A stretch of 64,000 nt of DNA from Terriglobia bacterium. GTDB lineage: Bacteria; Acidobacteriota; Terriglobia; Bryobacterales; Bryobacteraceae. A program made the translations under genes and the position numbers. The number at the start of each line of letters is the position of its first letter. Position 1 is the first letter of the stretch. The notes under the pieces were generated by a model. That model did not search any database. It saw nothing but the letters and a program-made list of their open reading frames with translations, and was not told the origin of the DNA. The stretch spans positions 240,681-304,680 of the forward strand of contig CAVVFX010000006.1 of assembly GCA_963747535.1 (NCBI GenBank). The letters run 5' to 3'. This document shows positions 1 to 10,528 of this stretch, piece after piece.

Positions 1-1
1 C

Positions 2-409
2 GCGAACACCACCATGGTTCGTCCGGAGACGCAAAGCGCATTGACCGATTTAGCGCGCGCCGCCGCGAATGTGTCGTTCGGCACAGCCGTTCTTCGCGGC
101 ATTTTCGCGGGCTGGCTGATCGCGATGGTGGTCTGGATGCGCGCCGCGGTAAACACCGGCCAGCTCGCAATCATCGTCATTCTGACTTATGTGGTCGGCC
201 TGGCGGGACTGACTCATATCATCGCCGGATCGGTAGAAGTTCTGTTCCTGGTAGCTAAAGGTGAGTTGAGCTGGTGGGCTTGTTTGGGCGGGTATATGAC
301 GCCGACGCTGCTCGGCAACATTCTCGGCGGCACCGCGCTGGTGTCGGCGCTCAATCATGCCCAGGTAGTGGCCGGCCACGCGGGAGCGCCTGCGAAGAAG
401 GGTGCATAA
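2..409 (+). CDS. Formate/nitrite transporter (FNT) family protein, C-terminal part; the 5' end lies outside the window.
   Basis: ORF 14..409 is in frame to the window edge. It has hydrophobic TM helices and FocA/NirC-like motifs (LAGLTHIIAGS, LLGNILGG). Confidence 0.7.
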   Translation, partial: ANTTMVRPETQSALTDLARAAANVSFGTAVLRGIFAGWLIAMVVWMRAAVNTGQLAIIVILTYVVGLAGLTHIIAGSVEVLFLVAKGELSWWACLGGYMTPTLLGNILGGTALVSALNHAQVVAGHAGAPAKKGA

Positions 410-431
410 TGACAGTCGAGAGGACCTTTCC

Positions 432-896
432 ATGAGTTCCATGCAGGCGATCCAGGACTTCCTCCGTCAAAAACGCCTCGCGGTAATCGGTGTTTCTCAA
501 AAACCCAAAGACTTTTCTCGAGCGCTGTTTCACGAGTTTCTGGAACGAGGTTACGATGCCGTGCCGGTGAATCCCGCGGCTCAGGAAATCGATGGGCAAC
601 GCTGTTTTGCCCGCATGCAGGAAGTTTCGCCGGCGGTCGACACGGTTCTGCTGATGACCCCGCCGGCGGTAACCGATGCGGTGGTCCGCGATTGCGCGGC
701 GGCAGGTGTGAAGCGTGTCTGGATGTTCCGCGCTACCGGCAAAGGAGCCGTCTCCGACGCCGCGGTCGCGTTCTGCCGGTCGAATGGAATCTCGGTGATT
801 CCGGGCGAATGCCCATTCATGTTCCTATCGGGAGGCTCGTGGGTGCATCGGGTACACGGTCTAATACGTCGCATGGGCGGCGCCTATCCTCAATAG
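432..896 (+). CDS. CoA-binding domain protein (YccU-like).
   Basis: Contains KRLAVIGVS...DAVPVNP, which is typical of the CoA-binding Rossmann domain. A GAGAGGA ribosome-binding site lies 8 nt upstream of the ATG at 432. The longer ORF from 402 would overlap the previous gene. Confidence 0.75.
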   Translation: MSSMQAIQDFLRQKRLAVIGVSQKPKDFSRALFHEFLERGYDAVPVNPAAQEIDGQRCFARMQEVSPAVDTVLLMTPPAVTDAVVRDCAAAGVKRVWMFRATGKGAVSDAAVAFCRSNGISVIPGECPFMFLSGGSWVHRVHGLIRRMGGAYPQ

Positions 897-939
897 GTAT
901 CCCGATCTTCTTCTTTGCGCGGCACGACAATTAAAGGAG

Positions 940-1090
940 ATGGGCTGCTGCGCAGCCAGCCTGTGGTCCTACTCCGTATAGCGGCAAGCCGCAAAAACGG
1001 CTGCTCCGCAGCCGGGCAGACCACAAAAAGCGATGATCTGCCCCACACCAGGCCAAGGGCCTACTCCACAATTCTTCGCGACCCGCGAAG
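940..1090. repeat. Mosaic palindromic intergenic repeat, family A, copy 1.
   Basis: Carries GGCTGCTCCGCAGCC and GCAGACCACAAAAAGCGATGATCTGCC hairpins plus the GGCCTACTCCACAA module. The same modules recur at 11 or more other sites in the window. Confidence 0.8.
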
Positions 1091-1151
1091 ATTCAGACTA
1101 TTAGTAGTACAAGGCTTGCAAGCAGTTGATTCTTGGTTGTGGAGTTCCCGG

Positions 1152-3032
1152 TTACATTACCCAGACGTTGAGCACCGAGTCATGATACACACGCTCGGTA
1201 GCCCTCTTGAAATCCGCGGCCTTGGCCTTCGGAATGTCTGTAAACACCTGCGGGTTACGGTCGGTCAGAGGAAACCAACTGCTCTGAATCTGCACCATGA
1301 TGCGATGGCCGGCGCGAAAAGTATGGCAGACATCGGGCATCGTGAACTGGATCGACTCCACCTTCCCGGGCGTGAACGCTTCAGGCCTGGACATACTGTT
1401 GCGAAACTTGCCGCGGAACGGCTCACCGCGCACCAGTTGCTGATAGCCGCCCATCACGATGTGGCTTGGATTGGGTTCGGGATCGGGATAGTCGCTGGGA
1501 TAAACATCGATGAGCTTCACGACGAAATCGGAATCCGTGCCCGAAGTGGAAACTCGCAATGCCGGCGCAATCGGACCGGCGACAGTGACGTCGTTATCGA
1601 GCGGTGGCGTCTGGTAGACCAGCACATCCGGCCGCGTAGCTGCGAAGCGCTGATCGGCAGTCATATAATCGCCGGGCATTCCCGGCCCCGCGTAGCCGAT
1701 CACAGGGACAGGCTTGGCCGGATCGCTCAGGTATTCGTCATAGCCGGATGAGGCGGATGGCTCCGCATCGAACTGCAGCACGCCATTTGCCGAGAGATGC
1801 AGTTTGCGCTGCGTAGCTGTCTTAGGTGGCCACTGGTCGTAGCGCTCCCATTGATTGGTACCGGTCTGAAAGACCCAGGCTTTAGGGAACTCGACCGGCT
1901 TGCTCTCGCGCGAGTCTTTCTTTGGATCTTTCAGATGCTCGATGAAGAATGGCAACTCGATCTGATCGCGGCAGAACTCTCCGGTCTTGGACGCGAAGTT
2001 GAGGTTGCCCAGCGTGTTGCCGTCGCCACGCGACCATCCGCCGTGACGCCAGGGTCCCATGACCAGCGTGTTGGGCGACTGCGGTCCACCGGCGTCCACT
2101 GCACGGAACAGTTTCAACGGCCCGGAGAGGTCCTCGGCATCGAACCATCCGCCGATGAACAGCGCCGCCGGAGTGACGTGGTGCATATACTGCGCCAGCG
2201 CACGCGCCGACCAGAATTCATCGTAGGTGGGATGTTCCAGGTTGTCATTCCAATACGGATTCTCGTTCTTGAGATATCTTTCGTTGCTGTTGGCGAGCGG
2301 GCCCATGCGCAGGTAGAAGTCATATTGGTCGGGCGTGCCGAAATCAAACGGTACCTGGCCCTCGGGGCGCGTAGGTTCGATACCGCGCGGTTTGAAGCTC
2401 GAATAGAATCCGAAGTTCGCAGCCAGATAGAAAGCGCCGTTGTGGTATGAATCGTCTCCGTTGCCCACGTCGCCCATGGGCGCCTGCGGGGAAGCGGCCT
2501 TCAGCGCGGGATGGGCGTTGATCATGCCGAACGCGGCGTAGAAGCCGGGATACGAGATTCCCATAATTCCGGCCTTACCATTGTTGGGCTGGACGTTCTT
2601 CACCAGCCAGTCAATCGTGTCATAGGTGTCGGTGCTTTCGTCCGTATCGCGCGGACTGTCGAAGTGGGTTTTGTGCACGGGAACATCGATAAACTTGCCT
2701 TCCGAGAGATAGCGACCGCGCACGTCCTGGTACACGAAGATGAAGCCTTCTTTCTCGAACGCCTCCGATTGACCCAACACAGGACGGTAGTTGTCGATGC
2801 CGTAAGGCGAGACCGAATAGGGCGTGCGCTCCATCAGAAAGGGATAGTTCCGGGTGCGGTCTTTAGGGATGTAGACAGTCGTGAAGAGCTTCACGCCATC
2901 GCGCATGGGGATGCGGTAATCGTACTTGGTGAAATGGGCACGGGTATATTCCAGTTGTCGCGCGCGCTCCGACTGCTGAGCTGAAAGGGACGATATGAAG
3001 AGGGCCAAGAGAATGACGAGTACGGGTTGCAT
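1152..3032 (-). CDS. Secreted CocE/NonD-family hydrolase (S15 X-Pro dipeptidyl-peptidase-like).
   Basis: 626 aa with an N-terminal signal peptide. Has the GISYPG nucleophile-elbow motif. The overall layout is a CocE/NonD alpha/beta-hydrolase domain followed by a C-terminal beta-sandwich. Confidence 0.85.
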   Translation of the reverse strand: MQPVLVILLALFISSLSAQQSERARQLEYTRAHFTKYDYRIPMRDGVKLFTTVYIPKDRTRNYPFLMERTPYSVSPYGIDNYRPVLGQSEAFEKEGFIFVYQDVRGRYLSEGKFIDVPVHKTHFDSPRDTDESTDTYDTIDWLVKNVQPNNGKAGIMGISYPGFYAAFGMINAHPALKAASPQAPMGDVGNGDDSYHNGAFYLAANFGFYSSFKPRGIEPTRPEGQVPFDFGTPDQYDFYLRMGPLANSNERYLKNENPYWNDNLEHPTYDEFWSARALAQYMHHVTPAALFIGGWFDAEDLSGPLKLFRAVDAGGPQSPNTLVMGPWRHGGWSRGDGNTLGNLNFASKTGEFCRDQIELPFFIEHLKDPKKDSRESKPVEFPKAWVFQTGTNQWERYDQWPPKTATQRKLHLSANGVLQFDAEPSASSGYDEYLSDPAKPVPVIGYAGPGMPGDYMTADQRFAATRPDVLVYQTPPLDNDVTVAGPIAPALRVSTSGTDSDFVVKLIDVYPSDYPDPEPNPSHIVMGGYQQLVRGEPFRGKFRNSMSRPEAFTPGKVESIQFTMPDVCHTFRAGHRIMVQIQSSWFPLTDRNPQVFTDIPKAKAADFKRATERVYHDSVLNVWVM

Positions 3033-3073
3033 GCAAGAGAATCGTAGCAGGAATGGAATTGGCGGTGCTCTAG

Positions 3074-3089
3074 TACTAATTAATTAGTA
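3074..3089. promoter_or_regulatory. 16-bp perfect AT-rich palindrome TACTAATTAATTAGTA in the promoter region of the S15 hydrolase.
   Basis: Perfect dyad symmetry read directly from the sequence. It is AT-rich in a 62% GC background. It sits 42 bp upstream of the hydrolase start (minus strand). Confidence 0.5.
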
Positions 3090-3125
3090 TGTTACTGCAT
3101 CGCATTGGGGTAGTCTGTCTACTGC

Positions 3126-3704
3126 TTACCCGTACGCCTGCTCGTATTCCGCAATCTGCACTTCGCGCATCAGGATCCACCCTAACTCGTCGACGCCTTC
3201 CAGGAGACAGGTCTTGGAGAATCCGTCCACCGGAAACTCCACCGACGTACCGTCCGGCAGGATCAACTTCTGCGCCGCGAGGTCGACACTGACCTCGGCC
3301 TCTTCGGGAAGGGCGAACAGCTTCTCATGGATATCCGGCGGGACCACAATGGGCAGCAGCGAATTCTTAAGCGAATTATTCTTGAAAATATCCGCGAATG
3401 AACTGCTGATCACCGCGCGGAAGCCGAACTGCGTGAGCGCCCAGGGAGCGTGCTCGCGAGAGCTGCCGCAGCCGAAATTGTCGCCCGCGAGCAGGATTTG
3501 TGCACCCTGCCCGCGGGGTTGATTGAGAACGAAATCCGGGTTGGGATTGCCGTTCGCATCGTAACGCCAGTCGTTGAAGAGCTGTTTGTCCAGACCCTCC
3601 TTCGACGTGGTTTTCAAAAACCTTGCTGGAATGATTTGATCGGTATCGACGTTGTTGATCGGCAGCCGCACCATGCGGCTTTTGAAATCTGTAAAGGGTT
3701 TCAT
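3126..3704 (-). CDS. leuD: 3-isopropylmalate dehydratase small subunit.
   Basis: 192 aa. The LeuD swivel-domain motifs [17 protein letters not shown] are present. It lies directly downstream of leuC. Confidence 0.93.
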   Translation of the reverse strand: MKPFTDFKSRMVRLPINNVDTDQIIPARFLKTTSKEGLDKQLFNDWRYDANGNPNPDFVLNQPRGQGAQILLAGDNFGCGSSREHAPWALTQFGFRAVISSSFADIFKNNSLKNSLLPIVVPPDIHEKLFALPEEAEVSVDLAAQKLILPDGTSVEFPVDGFSKTCLLEGVDELGWILMREVQIAEYEQAYG

Positions 3705-3804
3705 AGGATTGGTCCTGAAATGGCGTCGCTATTGATTACGCAACCGCTCCCTAACGGTCGCGGCTCAGAAAGGCGCGGCTCAGAAATTAGTCGAGGATGC
3801 AGCA

Positions 3805-5205
3805 TTATACGAGGGTCCTCACGTCGCTAACAGTTCCGGAGAGAGCTGAGGCCGCGGCGGTCAAGGGCGACGCCAGGAACGTCCGCCCGCCTTTCCCTTG
3901 CCGGCCTTCGAAATTGCGATTGCTGGTCGAGACGCTGTACTGGCCCGGCGTCAACTGATCGCCGTTCATGGCGATGCACATCGAGCAGCCGGGTTCGCGC
4001 CATTCGCATCCGGCAGCGCGGAAAATCTCCGGCAGCCCTTCCGCTTCCGCCTGATGTTTCACCTCCTGCGATCCCGGCACCACCATCACGCGAACCTTCG
4101 GACTGACCTTGCGGCCTTTCAGCACGCCCGCGGCCGCCCGCAAATCGCTGATACGGGAATTCGTGCAGCTGCCGATAAACACGACATCGATCGGATGACC
4201 CAAGAGCGGTTTGCCGGCTTCGAGACCCATGTAGCGAAGCGCCTTTTCCACCGACTCGCGCTCGATGGGATCGGCGATCGACGAAGGCTCGGGCAAGGGC
4301 GACGTAATCGACATGCCCATCCCGGGATTGGTGCCGTAAGTAATCATGGGCTCCAGCGCATCCGCATCGATCGAGATGGCGCGGTCGTAAGTTGCGCCTT
4401 CATCGGTCGGAAGCTTTTTCCAGCGCGCCAGTGCGGCATCCCAATCGGCGCCCTTGGGAGTCATCGGACGGCCGGCGAGGTATTGGAACGTGGTATCGTC
4501 GGGCGCGATCATGCCGGCGCGCGCGCCACCTTCGATCGACATGTTGCAGACCGTCATGCGCTGATCCATGTTGAGCCCGCGGATAGTCGAGCCGGTGTAT
4601 TCGAAAATGTGTCCGGTGCCGCCACCGATCCCGATCCTGGCGATGAGGGCGAGGATAATGTCTTTGGCTTGGACGCCCGGTTTGAGCGTCCCGTCCACAC
4701 GCACCTGAAATGTCTTCGACCGGCGCTGCAACAGGCACTGGGTGGCCAGCACCATTTCCACTTCACTGGTTCCAATGCCGAACGCCATCGCGCCGAACGC
4801 CCCGTGAGTCGCCGTATGGCTGTCGCCGCACACCACGGTCATACCGGGCTGGGTCGCGCCCTGTTCGGGTCCGATCACGTGGACGATGCCTTGCTTCTCG
4901 CTATGGACACCGAAGCAGGTGACGCCGAAATCGGCGCAGTTCTTTTCGAACTGTTCGAGTTGCTTGCGCGCGATGGGGTCGAGGATGGGCAGCGAACGGT
5001 CGCTGGTCGGGATGCTGTGGTCCGTAGTGGCCAGGGTGCGCTCCGGACGGCGGACCTGGAGCCCGCGCTCCCGAAGGCCGGAGAACGCCTGTGGCGACGT
5101 GACCTCATGCACCAGATGGAGGTCGATGTAAATCAACGAGGGAGCACCCGGCTCGTCGGCAACGACGTGGGTGTCCCAGACCTTTTCGATTAATGTTTTT
5201 GACAT
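3805..5205 (-). CDS. leuC: 3-isopropylmalate dehydratase large subunit (aconitase family).
   Basis: Has aconitase-family Fe-S ligand motifs (GSCTNSR, CMSIEGG). The start is set at [11 protein letters not shown] (5205) rather than the longer ORF start at 5259. Confidence 0.92.
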   Translation of the reverse strand: MSKTLIEKVWDTHVVADEPGAPSLIYIDLHLVHEVTSPQAFSGLRERGLQVRRPERTLATTDHSIPTSDRSLPILDPIARKQLEQFEKNCADFGVTCFGVHSEKQGIVHVIGPEQGATQPGMTVVCGDSHTATHGAFGAMAFGIGTSEVEMVLATQCLLQRRSKTFQVRVDGTLKPGVQAKDIILALIARIGIGGGTGHIFEYTGSTIRGLNMDQRMTVCNMSIEGGARAGMIAPDDTTFQYLAGRPMTPKGADWDAALARWKKLPTDEGATYDRAISIDADALEPMITYGTNPGMGMSITSPLPEPSSIADPIERESVEKALRYMGLEAGKPLLGHPIDVVFIGSCTNSRISDLRAAAGVLKGRKVSPKVRVMVVPGSQEVKHQAEAEGLPEIFRAAGCEWREPGCSMCIAMNGDQLTPGQYSVSTSNRNFEGRQGKGGRTFLASPLTAAASALSGTVSDVRTLV

Positions 5206-5239
5206 AGAATTCCTCAAAAGCCGCAGAAAACGCCCGCAC

Positions 5240-5286
5240 GCGGGCGTGGCAGACCGCAAAAAGCGATGGTCTGCCCCACCACAGGC
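5240..5286. repeat. Family A repeat, copy 2 (core only).
   Basis: GCAGACCGCAAAAAGCGATGGTCTGCC hairpin sitting between leuC and leuB. Confidence 0.7.
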
Positions 5287-6369
5287 TTACACGACCTCGC
5301 AGATGGCTTCGCCGACTTGCTCGGTCGTGGCGGGCTCGCCAGATGGCTTCAAGTCCGCAGTCACGCGTCCGCTGGCGAGTACGATCTCAATCGCCTTGTT
5401 TACCGCGGCCGCTTCTTCTTTCAAGCCGAAACTGTACTCCAGCATGGCTGCGACCGAGCCGATCGCGCCCAGCGGATTGGCCTTATTCTGCCCCGCGATA
5501 TCCGGTGCAGAGCCATGCACCGGCTCATACAATCCGACCCACGCGCCGGACGGCTTCCGGTCGCCAATCGACGCCGACGGCAGCATCCCGATCGATCCGG
5601 CCAACACCGCGCCTTCATCGCTCAAAATATCGCCGAACATGTTCTCCATCACCAGCACGTCAAAGCGCCGCGGATTCAGCACCAATTGCATCGCGCAATT
5701 GTCTACCAGCAGATGATCGAGAGTAACATCCGGGAACTCTTTCCCGATCTCAATGGCGATCTTGCGCCAGAGTTGCGAGGTCTCAATCACGTTCGACTTA
5801 TCGACTGAAGTGACTTTCTTCCGGCGATTGCGCGCTAAGTGGAACGCCATGCGGCAAACGCGTTCGATCTCCCGGCGCGAGTATGCCATGGTATTCACGG
5901 CATGCTCATCGGCGCCTTCCCCATAGATTCCACGCGGCGTGCCGTAATAAATGCCGCCGGTAAGTTCACGAACGATAATCATGTCCGTGCCTTCAATGAT
6001 CTCGTTCTTCAGCGGCGACGAATTCAGCAGCGACTTATAGGTCCGGACCGGCCGGAGGTTGGCATACACTCCCATGGTTTTCCGGAGACCCAACAAGCCC
6101 CGCTCCGGACGCTTCTCCGGCGGCGCGTTATCGAATTCCGGAAGCCCCACGGCTCCCAGCAGCGTCGCATCGGCTTCCTGCGACAGGGCTTCAGTCTGCG
6201 GGGGAAACGGCGTCCCGGTCTTATGGATCGCGATCCCGCCCAGCAAACCTTCGGTCAGCTTCACCTTGTGTTTAAACTTGTCTGCTACATGTCGAAGTAC
6301 ACGCACTGCTTCGCGCGTCACTTCCGTCCCGATTCCGTCACCGGGTAATACCAGTATGTTCAGATTCAA
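5287..6369 (-). CDS. leuB: 3-isopropylmalate dehydrogenase.
   Basis: 360 aa. Has the N-terminal LPGDGIGTEV motif and the isocitrate/isopropylmalate dehydrogenase signature NLFGDILSDEGA. Confidence 0.93.
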   Translation of the reverse strand: MNLNILVLPGDGIGTEVTREAVRVLRHVADKFKHKVKLTEGLLGGIAIHKTGTPFPPQTEALSQEADATLLGAVGLPEFDNAPPEKRPERGLLGLRKTMGVYANLRPVRTYKSLLNSSPLKNEIIEGTDMIIVRELTGGIYYGTPRGIYGEGADEHAVNTMAYSRREIERVCRMAFHLARNRRKKVTSVDKSNVIETSQLWRKIAIEIGKEFPDVTLDHLLVDNCAMQLVLNPRRFDVLVMENMFGDILSDEGAVLAGSIGMLPSASIGDRKPSGAWVGLYEPVHGSAPDIAGQNKANPLGAIGSVAAMLEYSFGLKEEAAAVNKAIEIVLASGRVTADLKPSGEPATTEQVGEAICEVV

Positions 6370-6391
6370 TGTTGTCCCGATCCCAAAATGA

Positions 6392-7594
6392 TTATCCAGC
6401 TACGGCGGCTTCACTGTCCGGTTGGACACCTGGCGCCACATCCGCGGCTGCGTGTTTGTTCACGAGCGCCAGGATCTCTTCGTCCATCAAGCCCTTCTTG
6501 CGATGATCGGCGAGCGCCGTGAACTCCGTATAGACCAGATCCAGATGCTCACGGGTGAGCGTCACACCCAATTCTACGCAACGAGCCTTCAGCGCATGAC
6601 GTCCGCTGTGCTTGCCTAACACCAGTCTACCTTCCGGCACGCCAACGGTCTTCGGATCGATGATCTCATAAGTGCTTTTCTCTTTGAGGTAGCCGTCCTG
6701 ATGAATACCGGCTTCATGCGCAAAGGCATTGCGCCCGACAATCGCTTTGTTGGGCTGCGGTCCGAAGGTGATGATGGAACTCAGGGTCTGGCTGGCCGCG
6801 TAGAGGTGCTCGATCTGGATGCCGGTGCGGTAGGGATAGCGATCATGGCGGGTCTTGAGGATCATGACAATCTCTTCGAGAGAGCAGTTGCCGGCCCTTT
6901 CACCGATGCCATTGACGGTGCATTCAATTTGCCGCGCGCCGGCCTGCACTGCCGCCAGGGAGTTCGCCACCGCGAGCCCGAGATCGTCATGGCAGTGGAC
7001 GCTAACGACGGCCGAGTCGCCGAGAGCCCGCACGATGCGGCCGATCAAAGCGCCGTATTCTTCCGGCGTGGAATAACCAACCGTGTCCGGGATGTTGACC
7101 GTGCGCGCCCCGGCAGCCACTACGGCCTTGGAGATCTCCTCCAGGTAATCCGGATCGGTGCGGGCGCCATCCTCCGCGGAAAACTCCACGTCGTCGACAA
7201 AGGTACGCGCCAGTTCCACCGCCGCCGCGGCGTCGTGTAAGACCTGCTGGCGGGATTTCTTGAGTTTGTACTTCAAATGGATATCGCTGGTGGCAATGAA
7301 GGTATGGATGCGGGGACGCCTGGCGGCTTCGAGAGAGCGGGCCGCACGTTCGACATCACCGGTGGCGCAACGGGCCAGGGCTGCCACCTGTATCCACGGA
7401 AAAGCGCGGCTGACGGCATCCACGGCTTCGAAGTCGCCGTCGGAAGCGATCGGAAAGCCGGCTTCCATGATGTCCACTCCGAGCAGCGCCAGCTTTTCAG
7501 CCATGCGGAGCTTCTCGGGAACCGTCATGCTACAGCCGGGGGATTGCTCACCGTCACGCAACGTGGTGTCGAAAATCCATACGCGATTTTTCAT
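6392..7594 (-). CDS. leuA: 2-isopropylmalate synthase / homocitrate-citramalate synthase family protein (short form without the C-terminal regulatory domain).
   Basis: 400 aa with an N-terminal DRE-TIM barrel (LRDGEQ; HxH metal site [21 protein letters not shown]). It is in an operon with leuBCD. The LeuA-versus-CimA assignment is uncertain. Confidence 0.8.
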   Translation of the reverse strand: MKNRVWIFDTTLRDGEQSPGCSMTVPEKLRMAEKLALLGVDIMEAGFPIASDGDFEAVDAVSRAFPWIQVAALARCATGDVERAARSLEAARRPRIHTFIATSDIHLKYKLKKSRQQVLHDAAAAVELARTFVDDVEFSAEDGARTDPDYLEEISKAVVAAGARTVNIPDTVGYSTPEEYGALIGRIVRALGDSAVVSVHCHDDLGLAVANSLAAVQAGARQIECTVNGIGERAGNCSLEEIVMILKTRHDRYPYRTGIQIEHLYAASQTLSSIITFGPQPNKAIVGRNAFAHEAGIHQDGYLKEKSTYEIIDPKTVGVPEGRLVLGKHSGRHALKARCVELGVTLTREHLDLVYTEFTALADHRKKGLMDEEILALVNKHAAADVAPGVQPDSEAAVAG

Positions 7595-7693
7595 GTTTGA
7601 GCCTTTCGTCAGCCTCCTGCCAATCCATTATGCGGTCGCGGTATTGATTAGGCAAATTTATTCTTATAGTATATTCGATAAGGGAAGTTAATA

Positions 7694-8563
7694 GTGGAAC
7701 TCTACCCGCTTCGCGTATTCCTGACGGTTGCCTCAGAGAAGAGCTTCTCGCGAGCGGCGGAAAAACTGCACCGCACGCAGCCGGCGATATCGCTGGCGCT
7801 GCAGCGTCTTGAAGTGGAACTGGGCGAACGGCTCATCGACCGGTCCGCCAAAGACCTGGTGCTGACCGATGCGGGCCGTACCGTCATCGAATTCGCGCGC
7901 CGCTTCGATAATCTTTCCGGCGAGCTGCATCTCGCGCTCGCCGAGTTGCGCGATAACTCGGCCGGACGGCTTTCCATCGGCGCCAACGAATCCACCACCC
8001 TCTACCTGCTCCGCTACATCGAACGGTACCGTAAGCTCTTTCCAAGAGTAAAAGTCGAAGTGCGGCGCAGCCTTTCGAGCCGCATTCCGAGCGAAATCGT
8101 CGACGGCAACCTGGAACTCGGTGTCATCAGCTACGATCCGCACGACGACCGGCTGGTCGCCAAGGTGATCTTCACCGACGCGCTGGCGTTCGTGGTATCG
8201 CCGAGGCACGCGCTGGCCCAGAAGAAGCAGATCTCCCTGCGGGAGCTCGGGGGCGAAACTTTCATCGCGCACAATGTTATTTCGCCGTACCGGGAGGCGG
8301 TGATCCACCAGTTCCAGAGGCAAGGGGTACCGTTGAACATGCCGATCGAAATGCCCACGGTCGAGACGATCCGCCGGTTAGTGCAGGCTGATCTGGGCGT
8401 GGCGTTTCTGCCGATGATGTGCGTGCAGCAGGATCTGGAAGCGGGAACATTGGTAACAGTCAAAGTCAAAGAGATGCAGATGGAGCGGAAAATTTACTTA
8501 CTGCGTCCGTCGCGCAGAGGGCTGAGTTATGCGGCCGGCGCATTTCTGGAGTTGCTGGGGTGA
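7694..8563 (+). CDS. LysR-family transcriptional regulator, divergent from the leu operon.
   Basis: GTG start. The N-terminal HTH is FSRAAEKLHRTQPAISLALQRLE. It is 289 aa, the usual LysR size. Confidence 0.88.
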   Translation: MELYPLRVFLTVASEKSFSRAAEKLHRTQPAISLALQRLEVELGERLIDRSAKDLVLTDAGRTVIEFARRFDNLSGELHLALAELRDNSAGRLSIGANESTTLYLLRYIERYRKLFPRVKVEVRRSLSSRIPSEIVDGNLELGVISYDPHDDRLVAKVIFTDALAFVVSPRHALAQKKQISLRELGGETFIAHNVISPYREAVIHQFQRQGVPLNMPIEMPTVETIRRLVQADLGVAFLPMMCVQQDLEAGTLVTVKVKEMQMERKIYLLRPSRRGLSYAAGAFLELLG

Positions 8564-8645
8564 AGCCGGAGTCTGGCAGGCAAAAGGCCGCTAAAAGGCG
8601 GCTGCAGCCAAGATTGGCTGCCCCACTATCACGGGCATTCTCAGC

Positions 8646-9281
8646 TTAGCGACCTAAGATGTCTTTTTGGAAGGCGGCCCAGCCCGGCATGCTGCTCAAG
8701 CTGTCGCGCGAAGCAGCTTTTTTGGCCTTGGCGAGAGTGTCGTCGTTACGGATCGCAGCGTCTACTTGCGCGACTGAAAAAACGAAGCCAAGGTCCTCCA
8801 GGTTGGTGGTGCAGCCGTTGGTTTGATCGGCGCGCCGTACACTCATGGCCTCCCTCATTTCGGACTGTTCCCGTTGCAGCCGGAGGTCGATCATAACCCG
8901 GGCTTCGTTGAGGGTGACGGAGTATTGTTTCTTCAGGCGGGCCTCGTGTTTGCTCATGATGTCGATGGCCTTGAAGTCCACGACGTCGGCCGAGAGGATG
9001 GCGGCTTCGATGCGCCCGCAACGGCTGAGCCGCCATTGGGTGTCGCAGAGAAGCTGGACGAGTTCCTGCTCCGGGGTGCAGGCGGGTGCAAACTTTTCGA
9101 ACATGCCTTCGCACATCTTGCGATAGGCGGCTTCGTCCTCTCCGGGGAGCAGGACGGTTTGGGCGGTGAGGCCGTGTTTCAGGGCGTTTTGAGAAGAAAC
9201 CGCTTTACCGGTTTCGGTACGGGGTCCGGTGCTGTGCTGGGCGTTGGCCAAGTTCGCTGTGGCTTGAGCTGGTGTGGACAT
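8646..9281 (-). CDS. Hypothetical protein.
   Basis: 211-aa ORF with coding-like composition and no motif I recognise. It has a 320-bp upstream untranslated region. Confidence 0.5.
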   Translation of the reverse strand: MSTPAQATANLANAQHSTGPRTETGKAVSSQNALKHGLTAQTVLLPGEDEAAYRKMCEGMFEKFAPACTPEQELVQLLCDTQWRLSRCGRIEAAILSADVVDFKAIDIMSKHEARLKKQYSVTLNEARVMIDLRLQREQSEMREAMSVRRADQTNGCTTNLEDLGFVFSVAQVDAAIRNDDTLAKAKKAASRDSLSSMPGWAAFQKDILGR

Positions 9282-9600
9282 GAGATGTTCCTTGAGTTGA
9301 ATGTGGACGTGCGAATCACGTTCTGATTCAAGTAAAGCTGAGGGGTAGAGTGGAGTTAACGTTGACTGTTTGGAAGTTGTTGAAAGGGATGGGGAGATTC
9401 ACTGTAAGGTGAAGTGATGGGTGCTCTTCTCTGCGACTCGGCGCCGCCGCGGTGAAGTTCTGCGCTCGAACTGTCACATCGGCGAGACCTCCGGAAGGCA
9501 GTCTGGTGGGGCACGGCGCTCCAAGATGACCGCCGAGGCGCTGAGCCGCAGAGGAGAGCGCAGAGAAGATCCAAGTATGTTGCGGGGATCCGTTTCTAGT

Positions 9601-10464
9601 CTATCGGATGGCGCCCGCGGCACTCCCGTAGATGGGCTCGACATTCTGCCCGTCTTCGGTCACCTCTTCAGTAATCACGGAAAATTTGTTCAGCGTCGAG
9701 GATCCAAAAGATGTCGTAATGGCAACGTCTGCCGCATCCCTTCCGATCGCCATCAGCACCCGGCCGATCCGCGGACAATTGTGGCGGGCGTCGAACGTCC
9801 ACCAGCGCCCTCCGAGATACACCTCGAACCAAGCGCTGAAATCCATCGGGCAGGGAGCCGGAGGGACACCGATGTCGCCCAGGTATCCGGTTGCGTAGCG
9901 CGCCGGAATGTTCATGCACCGGCAAAGAGTGATCGCCAAGTGCTGAAAATCGCGGCATACGCCGTTGCGTTCGACGGAGACGTCCAGCGCGGTTTTGTTT
10001 GGCCGGGCAAAGTGATAGCCAAACGTCACCTGACTGTGTACCCAGTCGCAAATCGCCTGGACAGTAGCCCATCCCGGCCGGAGATGTCCGAACATCTGCC
10101 AAGCCATCTCCCCGAGCCGGCTGTCCACCTCGCAGTAGCGGCTCGCCAGCAGGAAAACCAGCGTTTCGTGCGGAAGTTCCTCCACCGGAACCCTGCGCGC
10201 ATTCCAGTCGATCGGATCAGGTAGACCCGAGTCGCGGATCAGCGTGGAATTCGACAACCGGAGAGTGCCTTGCGGCGCGAACATCCGGGTGCACAGGTTG
10301 CCGAAGCTATCGGAATATTCTTCCACCCGAATCGAAGGGGACACCCTGACCCGATCGGGTTCCAGGAGATCTACAACCCTCGACGGGTGGACATTCAAAA
10401 CCCCGACAATGGTGTGGGGTTGAGCGTTTTCAAGTACGATATCGTAGCCTAATCGGATCAGCAT
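9601..10464 (-). CDS. Transglutaminase-like superfamily protein (paralog of 23207..24034).
   Basis: GVCRDFQHLAITLCRCMNIPARYATGYLGD is a TGase-core Cys motif. The canonical HAW motif is replaced by SAW. It shares long identical blocks with 23207..24034. Confidence 0.8.
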   Translation of the reverse strand: MLIRLGYDIVLENAQPHTIVGVLNVHPSRVVDLLEPDRVRVSPSIRVEEYSDSFGNLCTRMFAPQGTLRLSNSTLIRDSGLPDPIDWNARRVPVEELPHETLVFLLASRYCEVDSRLGEMAWQMFGHLRPGWATVQAICDWVHSQVTFGYHFARPNKTALDVSVERNGVCRDFQHLAITLCRCMNIPARYATGYLGDIGVPPAPCPMDFSAWFEVYLGGRWWTFDARHNCPRIGRVLMAIGRDAADVAITTSFGSSTLNKFSVITEEVTEDGQNVEPIYGSAAGAIR

Positions 10465-10528
10465 AAGTGGGTTGGAAGATGGATTGCGTTGTAGAAATTA
10501 CTCGTGCGGCCTAGCGCAACCTGGTTGA

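Noticed and set aside
915-1751. A 278-aa plus-strand ORF starting in repeat copy 1 and running antisense into the S15 hydrolase.
   Set aside because: It begins inside a repeat element and overlaps a strongly supported minus-strand gene. Its composition is typical of a spurious GC-rich ORF.
3898-5193. A 431-aa plus-strand ORF antisense to leuC. Similar long ORFs occur at 17730..19187, 21901..22968, 36959..37978, 53506..54552, 59734..60447 and 60635..61687.
   Set aside because: These are GC-rich shadow ORFs lying opposite well-supported genes. Their translations are Arg/Ala/Gly-rich and low-complexity with no motifs.
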